Shown piece after piece: positions 28,424-37,962 of a stretch of 64,000 nucleotides of DNA. The stretch comes from an uncultured Thermodesulfatator sp. (GTDB lineage: Bacteria; Desulfobacterota; Dissulfuribacteria; Dissulfuribacterales; QOAL01): positions 111,527 through 175,526 of the forward strand of contig CAZOMT010000033.1 in assembly GCA_964581255.1 (NCBI GenBank). Direction: 5' to 3'. Numbering within the stretch: position 1 is the stretch's first letter; each line of letters opens with the position of its first letter. Position numbers and translations under genes: made by a program. Below the pieces are notes generated by a model. The model saw only the letters and a program-made list of their open reading frames with translations. It did not search any database and was not told where the DNA came from.

Positions 28424-30232
28424 TCATGCCAATTCCAACCTTTCGAGGATCTCTTTAGTTGGCTTGCCATCTGGGCCCCACCCTCTCACGCTGTAGTATT
28501 CAGGGAGCATTTCAGACAGCCTTGCAACATTACCTTTTTGGGGACCCGATGGGATAGGTTCCTTTAGCAACCTGTCTGGCAGGGTATCTTGTGCTGTGTC
28601 CATGCCGAGTTTCAGATTCAGGAGCCTTTCCATATTCCAGATCCGTTCACCGCATTGCATCATCTCATCTGTGGTGTAATCAAAGCCAGTCGAGGCAGCC
28701 AACAGGTCGCGATAATCGTCTGCCCCAAGGCAGAGCGAGCTGAAAAGACAAAGCCCAGTTGAATCTATTACTGCCGTAAGGTCCTGAAAGATCTTTACCC
28801 ACTTGGCCTTTCCTTCTATGGCAAGGGGATCCAGTTTTTCGGGAACTCCAAGGATTTCAGGCGCTATGAGATAGCCCCTGACATGGCATCCTCCCCTGTT
28901 TGACGTAGCATAAGACAAGGCCTGGCCCTGCACGACCCGTGGATCGTACGCAGGAAGTTCCTGCCCCTTGACAGACATGGATGTCTCAGGAGCGTGATAG
29001 AGCGCCGCAAGCCTCGCAGAACCTTGGCCGAGCTTGAGGCCAAATCCTTTGGCCATCCCTATGGCATGGGTGTAAAAGAGGAGGGATTCGGTATCGCCAA
29101 ATCTAAGTTCAGGACCATTTTCGAGCTCCTCTTGCTTGATGAGGCCTTTTTCGTACAGCTCCATTGCGCAAGCCAGGGTGACGCCACACGAGATGGTATC
29201 CATGCCCAAACGGTTGCAGATATAGTTGGCTTCAGTGATAACGGCCAGATCCTTTATCCCCATACAGGCACCCATGGCCCAACCACTTTCATATTCAGGG
29301 CCTTCGCCTTTGTTGCCAGTGGGGCTTTCAGTTACCCTGGCACACTTTATAGGGCATGCCCAGCAGCCCTTGTTCTTTTTGAGGTAGCCCTTGGCGACAA
29401 GCGCCTCGCCGGATATTTGCCCTGTGCCCTCAAATACAGATTCTTTAAAATTTCTCGTTGGATATGCCCCGGTATCGTTTATGATATTGTCGAGTACTTT
29501 AGTGCCAAGCTTTGGCAAGGCTTCTCCTGTGATAGGGTCATTTTTGAGCTTTTCAACCTTGGCTCTTATGATTTCCATGAATAAGTCCTTGTCGGGAGCT
29601 TGAGGCCTTTTGTCACCCTGTACCACCACAGCCTTCAGTTTCTTTGAGCCCATGACCGCCCCCACTCCAGATCGTCCGGCCGCCCGGTGTTTCTCGTTGA
29701 TTATACAGGCAAATCTGACGAGATTTTCACCAGCAGGCCCAATGCAGGCAATCTTTGCTCCCTGATTGCCCTCCTCTGACAGAAGAAGGTCTGTGGTTTC
29801 ATGGGTGTCTTTGCCCCAAAGGTGGGCACCATCCTTTATCGTGGCACCTTCGTTGTCAATGGCGATGTAGACAGGGCCCGCAGCCTTGCCCTGAACCATG
29901 AGCATGTCCCATCCAGCCATTTTGAGCTCTGCGCCAAAGTTTCCCCCTGAATTGGAGCAAGCCACCAGGTTGGTTAAAGGGCTTCTGCAGATGGCCATGT
30001 AGCGTCCTCCAGTAGGGGCTGGCGTGCCTGTTAAGGGCCCTGTTGCAAAGATAAGGGGGTTGTCAGGGCCTAATGGATCGGTTTTTTCATGGATCATGTC
30101 CTTCAAAAGGTATGTCCCCACGCCTCGGCCGCCAATAAAGCGTCTCAAGACCCCTTCATCTAATGTCTCTGTAGAGGTCTGACCAGTTGACAGGTCTACT
30201 TTCAATATCCTGCCGGCATAAGTTCCAGACAT
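28424..30232 (-). CDS. aor: Aldehyde:ferredoxin oxidoreductase (tungsten/molybdopterin AOR family)
   Basis: The 602-aa ORF has an AOR-type N-terminus (GRILKVDLSTGQTSTETLDE..RRFIGGRGVGTYLL). It also carries the 4Fe-4S ligand region CWACPIKC and downstream AOR domain 2/3 blocks (GLC, CHVRGY). Confidence 0.9.
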   Translation of the reverse strand: MSGTYAGRILKVDLSTGQTSTETLDEGVLRRFIGGRGVGTYLLKDMIHEKTDPLGPDNPLIFATGPLTGTPAPTGGRYMAICRSPLTNLVACSNSGGNFGAELKMAGWDMLMVQGKAAGPVYIAIDNEGATIKDGAHLWGKDTHETTDLLLSEEGNQGAKIACIGPAGENLVRFACIINEKHRAAGRSGVGAVMGSKKLKAVVVQGDKRPQAPDKDLFMEIIRAKVEKLKNDPITGEALPKLGTKVLDNIINDTGAYPTRNFKESVFEGTGQISGEALVAKGYLKKNKGCWACPIKCARVTESPTGNKGEGPEYESGWAMGACMGIKDLAVITEANYICNRLGMDTISCGVTLACAMELYEKGLIKQEELENGPELRFGDTESLLFYTHAIGMAKGFGLKLGQGSARLAALYHAPETSMSVKGQELPAYDPRVVQGQALSYATSNRGGCHVRGYLIAPEILGVPEKLDPLAIEGKAKWVKIFQDLTAVIDSTGLCLFSSLCLGADDYRDLLAASTGFDYTTDEMMQCGERIWNMERLLNLKLGMDTAQDTLPDRLLKEPIPSGPQKGNVARLSEMLPEYYSVRGWGPDGKPTKEILERLELA

Positions 30233-30416
30233 TGTTTCCCTCCATTTCCTTTATTTTTAGGTATCGAGATGAGGTTATTATATCTGAGAGAAGATGAATT
30301 TTATACCACGGATTTCAAAAAATATGTAAGTATGGGAAGTTGGAAGAGAGGCGTTAAAGGGCACTTATCGTCAGGGGCCCTCAAGAAGATAGAGTGGCTA
30401 TCCTTTCGTGTGGGAA

Positions 30417-30455
30417 ACTAAAAAGGGATGTGCCATAGGCACACCCCTGCTTTTT
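30417..30455 (-). terminator. Intrinsic terminator after the lipoprotein gene (bidirectional appearance)
   Basis: The stem GGGATGTGCC pairs with GGCACACCCC with one mismatch and a 3-nt loop. UUUUU follows on the minus strand and GCTTTTT on the plus strand. Confidence 0.6.
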
Positions 30456-30482
30456 ATTAATGTTGTTTTTCGAGGTACTGTA

Positions 30483-31034
30483 CTAAGGGTTTACTACGTT
30501 CCAGCCCCTATTTCTCATGCAGTTTATATAGGCCTGCTTGTATTTTCTCTCGGCATCTATGCCCTTATAGGCACCGCCACCAATGCCTCCGGCTGCAGCT
30601 CCGATTGCTGCGCCTTTACCTGCATTGCCAGTTGCCGCGCCTATTGCAGCTCCGGCTGCAGCCCCTATTGCACCACCAATGAGCCCGCCCTTGATGGTTT
30701 CTTCAGGGGTATAGCCAGAGACCTGTTTTGCCAGCATTTTGCATTCTGCCAGATCCTGAGTATAGCTGCGCTGAGGCGGAGGCGTGGCAACAGGTGCCGG
30801 GGTAACTGGCCTGGTTACCTTGGGAGCTGGCGGTGGAGGGGGATACTGGGCCTGCGGTGGAGGGGCAACTGGCTGACGCGCTTGAGGCGGATACTGCTGG
30901 GGATATGGCTGGGTCTGGTACGCCCCTGGTGAAGATGATGGGTCTATAGTAGGTGTCCAGCCATTTTGAGAAGCACAGGCGGTAACAAATAAGACACTCA
31001 AAAAGATTACGAAAGCCGAGTATAGCTTGGACAT
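30483..31034 (-). CDS. Glycine-zipper lipoprotein with proline-rich linker
   Basis: The lipobox is LFVTAC. A Pro/Gln-rich stretch (PPPQAQYPPPPPAP) is followed by the glycine zipper GGLIGGAIGAAAGAAIGAATGNAGKGAAIGAAAGGIGGG. Confidence 0.75.
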   Translation of the reverse strand: MSKLYSAFVIFLSVLFVTACASQNGWTPTIDPSSSPGAYQTQPYPQQYPPQARQPVAPPPQAQYPPPPPAPKVTRPVTPAPVATPPPQRSYTQDLAECKMLAKQVSGYTPEETIKGGLIGGAIGAAAGAAIGAATGNAGKGAAIGAAAGGIGGGAYKGIDAERKYKQAYINCMRNRGWNVVNP

Positions 31035-31339
31035 GAATTGACCTCCTGAAGGGTTGTTTGATGTTACTTAGACAAAATAATAACTGCCGGGGGGATTGGC
31101 AATCCCCTGGTTGGCATATAGACGCAGGTACAGATATTTTGGGTTTTTCCAAAAAAAAGTATTTGTGGAGGTATGGCTTTTGTGTCATGGGCCTTCGCTT
31201 CGCCTGAGAATCTGTAACAGGCCCATTCCAATCGTTTCCAAGACCCTTCCAGGCCCTCCTTGTTTGCAGCAGACTTGAAGCGGGTTTGTTCAAATTGGAC
31301 TTCTAAAGCAGTTGGTATGCCGCGGTTTTTACTAAAAAG

Positions 31340-31510
31340 TCCTTCAGAGGGCTTTTACGACTTTGAAAATAGAGGTTTCCGAGAATAAGGGTGCCTCTCT
31401 AAGATTTTGTTCAAGGGTGGGGCGCATGAGGGAAGTAACCGTATTCCTGATATTTCAGGGATTCATTCTTGTTAGGTACTAGTGTGCCAGAAGAAGCATT
31501 TTTTGATGTA
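31340..31510 (+). repeat. Copy E of the dispersed intergenic repeat family (short, internally deleted form)
   Basis: Block 1 is ttcctgatatttcagggattcattct (31444-31469). Block 2 is ggtactagtgtgccagaagaagc (31475-31497). The upstream part (agggcttttacg...agattttgttcaagggtg) is colinear with copy A. Confidence 0.65.
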
Positions 31511-31633
31511 TGTAAGATGAAACAGCTCCTTGCTTTTGCGGTCCCAAGAACATATCTGTTATTTAAGGAAAACAACCACCACTAAGCCGTGATTAAGAAA
31601 AATCCAAAATAATTCCAAGGGAGGAGTGTATTG

Positions 31634-32143
31634 ATGAAGATTTTGATCTTGACTGCAGATGGCTTTGAAGATACCGAACTTCTTTGTCCCATGTACAGAT
31701 TCAAAGAAGAAGGTTTTGAAGTGGATATCGCCGCTCCAGAGTGGGGGCAGGTAAAGGGTAAGAAGGGCTATGTAGTGAGTGCCAACCTGTCATTTGACGA
31801 AGTGGAACCATCAGCCTTTGACGCGCTGTTTTTGCCTGGAGGAAAGGCGCCGGATCATCTGAAGCACATGCCAGACGTGCAGAAGATGGTCAGGGCCTTT
31901 GACCAGGGCCAAAGGCCCATTGGGGCCATTTGTCATGGACCCCTGATTCTGGCAAAGGCAGGAGTGCTTCAGGGAAGGAAGGCCACATGTTATTGGAAGG
32001 TGGCGGAAGATATACAGGCTGCCGGTGCTAGATATGAAAACGTCCCTGTGGTGAAAGACAAAAATTTAGTAACATCCAGGGAACCAGCTGATATTCCACA
32101 TTTTATGAAGGAGTTCATTGCCTTGCTCAAGCATTATAAGTGA
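31634..32143 (+). CDS. DJ-1/PfpI family protein (class I glutamine-amidotransferase-like)
   Basis: About 170 aa, with KILILTADGFEDTEL, a nucleophile-elbow region (IGAICHGP), and RBS GGGAGGAG upstream. Confidence 0.85.
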   Translation: MKILILTADGFEDTELLCPMYRFKEEGFEVDIAAPEWGQVKGKKGYVVSANLSFDEVEPSAFDALFLPGGKAPDHLKHMPDVQKMVRAFDQGQRPIGAICHGPLILAKAGVLQGRKATCYWKVAEDIQAAGARYENVPVVKDKNLVTSREPADIPHFMKEFIALLKHYK

Positions 32144-32157
32144 GACAGTTATCTACT

Positions 32158-32619
32158 ATGAGAAGAAAAGACAAAGAAATCTTTGAAGAGTCTGCCATCA
32201 AATCCATTATTGAAAGGGCCAATGTCTGCAGACTCGGCATGGTTGATGGAAATAAACCATATGTTGTGCCGCTTTGCTTTGGGTATTGCGATAATGTCCT
32301 TTATTTTCATGGTTCCTCGAAGGGCAAGAGAATTGACATCATACGAAAGAATCCAAATGTATGTTTTGAGTTTGATATAATTGCGGAGCCTATAGAATCA
32401 GAAAACGCTTGTGACTGGAGTATGAAATACCAAAGTGTAATAGGTTTTGGCAAAGCTGGTCTTGTCGAAAGCTTAGATGAAAAACGCAAAGCAATGGGTG
32501 CAATTATGGCTCAATATTCTAAACAAAAATTTCAGTTTCCTGAAAAGATGTTAAATGCAACCTCTGTGATCAAAGTTGAAATAGAGAGTATGACTGGCAA
32601 GCAGTCGGGATTCTCATAG
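32158..32619 (+). CDS. Pyridoxamine 5'-phosphate oxidase-like FMN-binding protein (NimA-like)
   Basis: The MRRKDKEI N-terminus is typical of this family, followed by split-barrel blocks (CRLGMVDGNKPYVVPLCFGY...YFHGS). The track ORF starts at GTG 32140, overlapping the DJ-1 stop. Confidence 0.75.
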   Translation: MRRKDKEIFEESAIKSIIERANVCRLGMVDGNKPYVVPLCFGYCDNVLYFHGSSKGKRIDIIRKNPNVCFEFDIIAEPIESENACDWSMKYQSVIGFGKAGLVESLDEKRKAMGAIMAQYSKQKFQFPEKMLNATSVIKVEIESMTGKQSGFS

Positions 32620-32686
32620 GAAGCTGATTTCAGATGACAGTTGGGCACCTTTAGGCGATAGGTGAATTGATTTTCCTTCTGCCAGG

Positions 32687-34534
32687 CTATCTTCCTTCTA
32701 ACAGGAGCTTTTCCTTGAGACCTGTAAGCCTCCGGGTCTTTTTTTGTACAGCCTTTTTGAAAGCAGCCGTTGTGCCCCATATCTCTACGGTGTTTTTCGC
32801 CCTGGTGACTGCAGTATAAAGGAGCTGTCTTGAAAGCAGTGGCGAGTTCTCATTGGGTAAGACCACGAGGATGTGGTCAAATTCAGACCCCTGGCTTTTG
32901 TGGACAGTAATGGCAAAAGCCGTTTCCTTTTCAGGAAGAGAGGAAAGAGGCAAGGTGCGAAGTTCCCCATCTGGCATCTCAAACCACGCCTTCAGTCTTC
33001 CATTTTCATCTGGCCACAAGACACACATGTCTCCATTGAATATGGAATAACGGTAACTGTTTTTCAAGACGATCAGTGGTTGTCCCTTGAAGAAGAACAG
33101 GGTGCCTGTCTCCCAAGGCCTTTTGATTAGATGGGCACAAATAGACCTATTGATCAAAGACGTGCCAAATGGCCCATCCTTGTGGGCACAAAGGATCCTG
33201 AACTTGTGAAGCCTTGAAATGGCGTCTTCAGCCGTCTTTCCTTTCAGGCACGGGAGAAAGTGTGAACTTGCACTTCTAGCCAAGACTACAGCAAGCGGGG
33301 TGTCTTTGGGTTGCAAGAGCCTTGTTTGAGACGGGTCTGCTGAGGTTATGATCTCCAGAGCTCTTTCTTCTTCTCCCTTACAGATTGCAGAGGCCAAGGC
33401 CGAGATGGCACTCGAGCTGCCAAACCTGAAATTTTTTTTGAGTTCTACGATGCAGTCTCTCAGCGGAAGGCCCGAATCTTGTGTTTGCTCCAGTATGTCG
33501 CCACTGATACTCATTATTTTTCTGGCATGGTCCTGGGAATAGTGATAACGGCTGGTTATGGAGCATATGTCGTTTAATACATTTCCTGCCTCCACAGATG
33601 ACAGTTGGTCCTTGTCTCCAAGGAGGATCAGCCGTGCTTCTGGTGGCAGCCCAGATGCAAGTCTGGCCATGAGCGGCAGATCTACCATGGAGGCCTCATC
33701 TACAATCACTGCTTCAAAGGATAGGTGGCGTCCAGGTCCATAGCGGAAACGCCCTCTGCCATCTGCCCCAAGGAGCCTGTGCAGTGTAAACGTCTCCAGG
33801 AATGGCGAATTTGTATTCATCGAAAGGTCCTTTGCCATTAGGACTGACTCTATGGATTGCCTGAGGCGGGTGGCAGCCTTGCCAGTTGGGGCTGCGAGCG
33901 CTATGGGAATTTGGCCATGGGCGGCCTTTAAGGCAGCCAATATGGCGGCAACAGTAGTGGTCTTGCCAGTCCCAGGGCCTCCAGAGACCACGCATAGACC
34001 CTTAATGACAGCAGTGCACGCTGCAACCCTTTGATGGTCACACCTGTTGTGGTCTGGAAAGAAGTGGGTCAAAACCTGCTGGACCGCCTTTGTCTGAGCG
34101 CTGTTCAAGGCGTAATCGCGTCTTGCGAGCCTGGACAGGGTCTTGGAAAGGACGGTTTCATGGTGGTGATAGCGTTGAAGATAGAGTCTATGGCCATCTT
34201 CAAGGACCAGAGGAGCCGGCTTTTGGGCCCCTGGGCCAGCCACAAGGGGGGAGGCGGCCAGGTTTTTTTTGAGTTCTTCTGCTGGCGTCTCCTGTAAGAT
34301 ATCAAAGGCCCATAGGGCCGGGTTGTCATCTGGAGTGATCAACGTATCTATATCGATACAGGTGTTGGATTGAGAAACAGCGTGACTTGCAAGACAGCCT
34401 GCGAGTATGAGGATATCGGGTGCGTTTGGATCGAGGCGTTTCAGGAATCTTGCAAATTCGAGGTCCACAGGCTCAATGAAGCCGCCTTCCAGCACTGCCT
34501 CTAGTTTGTCAAGGATGTCCATATTCATGCACAT
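32687..34534 (-). CDS. recD: Exodeoxyribonuclease V alpha subunit
   Basis: The 615-aa ORF has Walker A SGGPGTGKTT, then VIVDEASMVDL, LLGDKDQLSSVEAG and ITVHKSQGSEF. It overlaps the recB end by 10 nt. Confidence 0.9.
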   Translation of the reverse strand: MCMNMDILDKLEAVLEGGFIEPVDLEFARFLKRLDPNAPDILILAGCLASHAVSQSNTCIDIDTLITPDDNPALWAFDILQETPAEELKKNLAASPLVAGPGAQKPAPLVLEDGHRLYLQRYHHHETVLSKTLSRLARRDYALNSAQTKAVQQVLTHFFPDHNRCDHQRVAACTAVIKGLCVVSGGPGTGKTTTVAAILAALKAAHGQIPIALAAPTGKAATRLRQSIESVLMAKDLSMNTNSPFLETFTLHRLLGADGRGRFRYGPGRHLSFEAVIVDEASMVDLPLMARLASGLPPEARLILLGDKDQLSSVEAGNVLNDICSITSRYHYSQDHARKIMSISGDILEQTQDSGLPLRDCIVELKKNFRFGSSSAISALASAICKGEEERALEIITSADPSQTRLLQPKDTPLAVVLARSASSHFLPCLKGKTAEDAISRLHKFRILCAHKDGPFGTSLINRSICAHLIKRPWETGTLFFFKGQPLIVLKNSYRYSIFNGDMCVLWPDENGRLKAWFEMPDGELRTLPLSSLPEKETAFAITVHKSQGSEFDHILVVLPNENSPLLSRQLLYTAVTRAKNTVEIWGTTAAFKKAVQKKTRRLTGLKEKLLLEGR

Positions 34535-37500
34535 AGCCCGATCCTTTTGGCCATGTCTTCAGGCGTTATAAAATAGATACCTGTTTTATCCTTTGAAGAA
34601 GGCTGGATACCCCTAACGAACAGATAGAGCACTCCGCCAAAGTGTTTGTTGAAATTGTAATCGTGCAAGGTCTTTTTAAGCAGGCGATGTAATGCAAGGG
34701 CATAGATTTCTGCCTGGAGGTGATATCCATGCTCTGCCATGGCCTTTTCGAGCCGATCGTGTCTGTAGTCTTCGATTGTATCTCCAAGAAAGTTGCTCTT
34801 GTAATCTGCAACGTAATATCGTCCTTCGTGGCCGAATACGAGGTCTATAAACCCTTTGATAATGCCAGATTCGTATTTTTCAAGGAGCAATCTGGCGCCT
34901 TTGGAAAGGTTATCCCCTCTTTCGAAAAATGATGAAAATTCCATCTCCTTGACAAGTTCATGGCCAGGGATGTTTTTGAGTTTAAGGCCAGGAAGAATCT
35001 CGGTGCCAACCACATCCCTTACCATCTGGGCAAGCACAGTGTCCCATTCAAGGTCCAGGCCCCATTCCGCGAGGCAGCGGCGTGACGTTTCCAGAATAGA
35101 TTCCATTTGGACCGAAGAGAAATCGACTTGTTCAAGAAGAGAGTGGATGCAGTTTCCAGGATGGATCCCCCTTGGAAACGAGAAGATGTTCTTTTCAACT
35201 GTATACTGGCCTTGGGCGTCTGAGCCAGGTTCTGCCACAAAATAGTCCGTTAAATCCATGGATAACGAAGAGAAGCTTTCCACCCCAAATACCTGTTGTA
35301 CGGGTTTGGCAACATTACGCACATCATAGAGGTATGATGCAGAATCAGTTTCAAGGGCCTTGCCCTGTACAGGAGAGGGAATAGGGGTAACGGTTATTGA
35401 AGGACATTTTTCTAGTTCCCTGTCCGTACATCCCCTAAGCAGGTAACTCAGGGCAGACTGGTCTGCCTGTTTGAATTCACCCCACGAGATGTAACAGCGG
35501 ACGCAAGCCCTGGTAAGCGCCACGTACAGAAGCCTCAACTCCTCTGAAAGAAGCTGAGTGTCCGCATCCTCATCAAGAGCATCTCTGTCAGTGGCAACCA
35601 CGTGGCAGCCTATTTTCCTATGGTAATATTTTATTGGCTCCTTCTTGCTCAGGCCCGATCCTTGGTCCCAGGCAAAAGGCACGAAGACGACAGGAAATTC
35701 CAGCCCCTTGCTCCTATGGATGGTCATTATGGTAACCAGATCCCTGTCGCTTTCCAATCTAAGCTGCTGTTCCTCTATGTCTGAGTCATCTAGGTTCATC
35801 TGTTCGGCAAACCAGGAGATTTGGCCTTCAATGGCAGAAGGCCCGCGTCCTGCTTCATCGAGAAGTTCTGCGAGTTGAAACCAGTTGGTCAGCCTTCTTT
35901 CTCCTCCAGGGAGCTGAAGGAGCCTCTGAGCCATGCCAAGCCTGTGGATCAGGACCCTGAACATGAGTAGAACCCCTTTTTTTTGCCATAAGGAATGGAG
36001 TTCCTGGAAGGTGGAGGATATTTCTCCCCATTTCTCTTCTTCTGTCTGAAGTTCAACTATCTCCTCTGATGTCCATCCAAGCGCCTCGGTCGCCAAGGCT
36101 GTAGATATGGCGCCAATGTCGCCTGGGCTTGCTACAGCCTTCAGAACCAAAAGAAATTCCCATGCCTCGTCTGTCGAGAAAACACTCTCCCTTGCGTGAT
36201 AGACACAAGAGATGCCAGCATGTGAAAGTGCCTCTTTAACTTGTCCTGCATGGTTCCGGTTCCTTACAAGGATGGCGATATCACCTGCCTCAAGTGGCCT
36301 CCATACACCTTCTGACTCAAGGATTTGTATCTCTTTCCTCCGTCCCCCCTCCAATAGCCGCCTGATTTCAGCAGCACAGCCCATTGAAAGCGTCCTTCTG
36401 GATTCTCCCTTTTGCAATGGGGTTGGCTGGCCATCTTTTTTCCTCACATTTGGCCTCCAAATGACAAAGTCACCTGAGAGAACAGGGTCCTTCAGACATG
36501 GAAATTCAGGGTCTCTGCTCTGTACCTCAATATAAGGTATTTCTTCGTGGGCAAATGGCTTGTCTACTCGGGAGAAGAGGAAGTTCATGGCTTCAACCAG
36601 GCCTGGAGAGGAGCGCCAATTCTTTTCAAGGTCAAATCTCCTTTCCTTTTTTATCCTGGATCTTGCATTGAGATAGGTGAAGATATCTGCTCCCCGGAAG
36701 CCGTAAATGGCCTGTTTTGGATCTCCAATAAGGATGAGCAGGTCCTTTTCGGCCGACGGGTATATCTTTTCAAATATACTGTATTGGATCTGGTCTGTGT
36801 CTTGAAATTCATCGATGAGGGCCGCCTTGAATCTATTCTTGAGCACGGCACAAAGTCCTCTTCCTTCTGGACCAGACAACGCCTTGTCCATTTCAAGGAG
36901 GAGATCGTCAAAGGATAAAAGGCCCTGTCTGTCCTTGATCTGTCTGGACGCCTCATTAATCCCCCTTAAAGCCTGGCTCAAAATTGCCGATTTCAGACGA
37001 ATCAGCCAATTATGGGTCATGTTTGCAACCTTATCCCATTCATTGAAAAAGGGGTGTGATGGTGGAAGAGAGGTCCCCTTTTTCAGGCAGGAGCTTAGAA
37101 ACAGGTTGGAAAAGGGTACTTGAGCTATTTTGGAAAAGGAGATGGGAGAAATTGTCTCCTGGTCAAAGAGGCCGTCGAGTATTTCTGCTGCTTCAAGAAT
37201 CCCCTTTTTTTGTATGAGCTTTTTTCTGCGGGCCAGACCACCTTCGTTTAACAGGAGCGAGACCATCTCGTTTTTGTGGCTCATCCACATTTCTTTTAAC
37301 CCTTTGATGGCAAGCTCAATAGTTGCCTTTTCCTTCATGCAATCTTCAACGGTGGCCTCTGGTGCAATTTTTAAGGGCACTGGCCCGAGGAAGGGCTTAA
37401 GAATGGAAAGCATCTTCTCTGGGCCCTGAAAGATATTTGTTATGTATTCTCCAAGCCAGGGTTCAATCTCGTAGTAGTTTTGTCTCCAGAATTCACGTGC

Positions 37501-37962
37501 TGCCTCCAGGAGCAGGCTCTCCTGCGATGGAGTGATCTCGGCACCAAAGGTTGAGCCTGTTTCAAATGCATATTCAGACAGCATCCTCTGGCAGAATCCA
37601 TGAATAGTGAAGATTGCGGCTTCATCAAGACTTATGATTGCCTGCTCAAGGAGAAGGCGGACCTTTTTTTGTCCGTGTAGTCCAACGCACCTTTCAAGAA
37701 GGCGGCAGATAAATTCGTCTGCACATGGTGCTCCCCTCATTGAAGAAAGGGCCTGTTTGAGCCGCGTCCGGACCCTGTCTTTTAGCTCTTCTGTAGCAGC
37801 CTGAGTAAAGGTGACTATGAGGATGTCTCTAACGTCCAATTCATGTTCCAGGAGGAGGCGCAAGAATAGAGAGGTTATGGTGTATGTCTTTCCTGTGCCA
37901 GCACTTGCCTCAATAAGGGCGTGGCCTTCAAGACTCATGTCTAAAGGGTCAAGTGCCCTCAT
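34525..37962 (-). CDS. recB: Exodeoxyribonuclease V beta subunit
   Basis: The 1145-aa ORF has UvrD-type helicase motifs (EASAGTGKTYT, LIDEFQDTD, TIHRSKGLEFPVVF). A C-terminal PD-(D/E)xK nuclease shows GFIDLVF...DYKSN. Confidence 0.9.
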   Translation of the reverse strand: MRALDPLDMSLEGHALIEASAGTGKTYTITSLFLRLLLEHELDVRDILIVTFTQAATEELKDRVRTRLKQALSSMRGAPCADEFICRLLERCVGLHGQKKVRLLLEQAIISLDEAAIFTIHGFCQRMLSEYAFETGSTFGAEITPSQESLLLEAAREFWRQNYYEIEPWLGEYITNIFQGPEKMLSILKPFLGPVPLKIAPEATVEDCMKEKATIELAIKGLKEMWMSHKNEMVSLLLNEGGLARRKKLIQKKGILEAAEILDGLFDQETISPISFSKIAQVPFSNLFLSSCLKKGTSLPPSHPFFNEWDKVANMTHNWLIRLKSAILSQALRGINEASRQIKDRQGLLSFDDLLLEMDKALSGPEGRGLCAVLKNRFKAALIDEFQDTDQIQYSIFEKIYPSAEKDLLILIGDPKQAIYGFRGADIFTYLNARSRIKKERRFDLEKNWRSSPGLVEAMNFLFSRVDKPFAHEEIPYIEVQSRDPEFPCLKDPVLSGDFVIWRPNVRKKDGQPTPLQKGESRRTLSMGCAAEIRRLLEGGRRKEIQILESEGVWRPLEAGDIAILVRNRNHAGQVKEALSHAGISCVYHARESVFSTDEAWEFLLVLKAVASPGDIGAISTALATEALGWTSEEIVELQTEEEKWGEISSTFQELHSLWQKKGVLLMFRVLIHRLGMAQRLLQLPGGERRLTNWFQLAELLDEAGRGPSAIEGQISWFAEQMNLDDSDIEEQQLRLESDRDLVTIMTIHRSKGLEFPVVFVPFAWDQGSGLSKKEPIKYYHRKIGCHVVATDRDALDEDADTQLLSEELRLLYVALTRACVRCYISWGEFKQADQSALSYLLRGCTDRELEKCPSITVTPIPSPVQGKALETDSASYLYDVRNVAKPVQQVFGVESFSSLSMDLTDYFVAEPGSDAQGQYTVEKNIFSFPRGIHPGNCIHSLLEQVDFSSVQMESILETSRRCLAEWGLDLEWDTVLAQMVRDVVGTEILPGLKLKNIPGHELVKEMEFSSFFERGDNLSKGARLLLEKYESGIIKGFIDLVFGHEGRYYVADYKSNFLGDTIEDYRHDRLEKAMAEHGYHLQAEIYALALHRLLKKTLHDYNFNKHFGGVLYLFVRGIQPSSKDKTGIYFITPEDMAKRIGLCA

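Noticed and set aside
30233-30420. A Moco/tungsten-cofactor riboswitch in the AOR 5' leader.
   Set aside because: I could not find the conserved Moco-motif elements by eye. Only a generic hairpin is present. This needs an Infernal scan before any claim.
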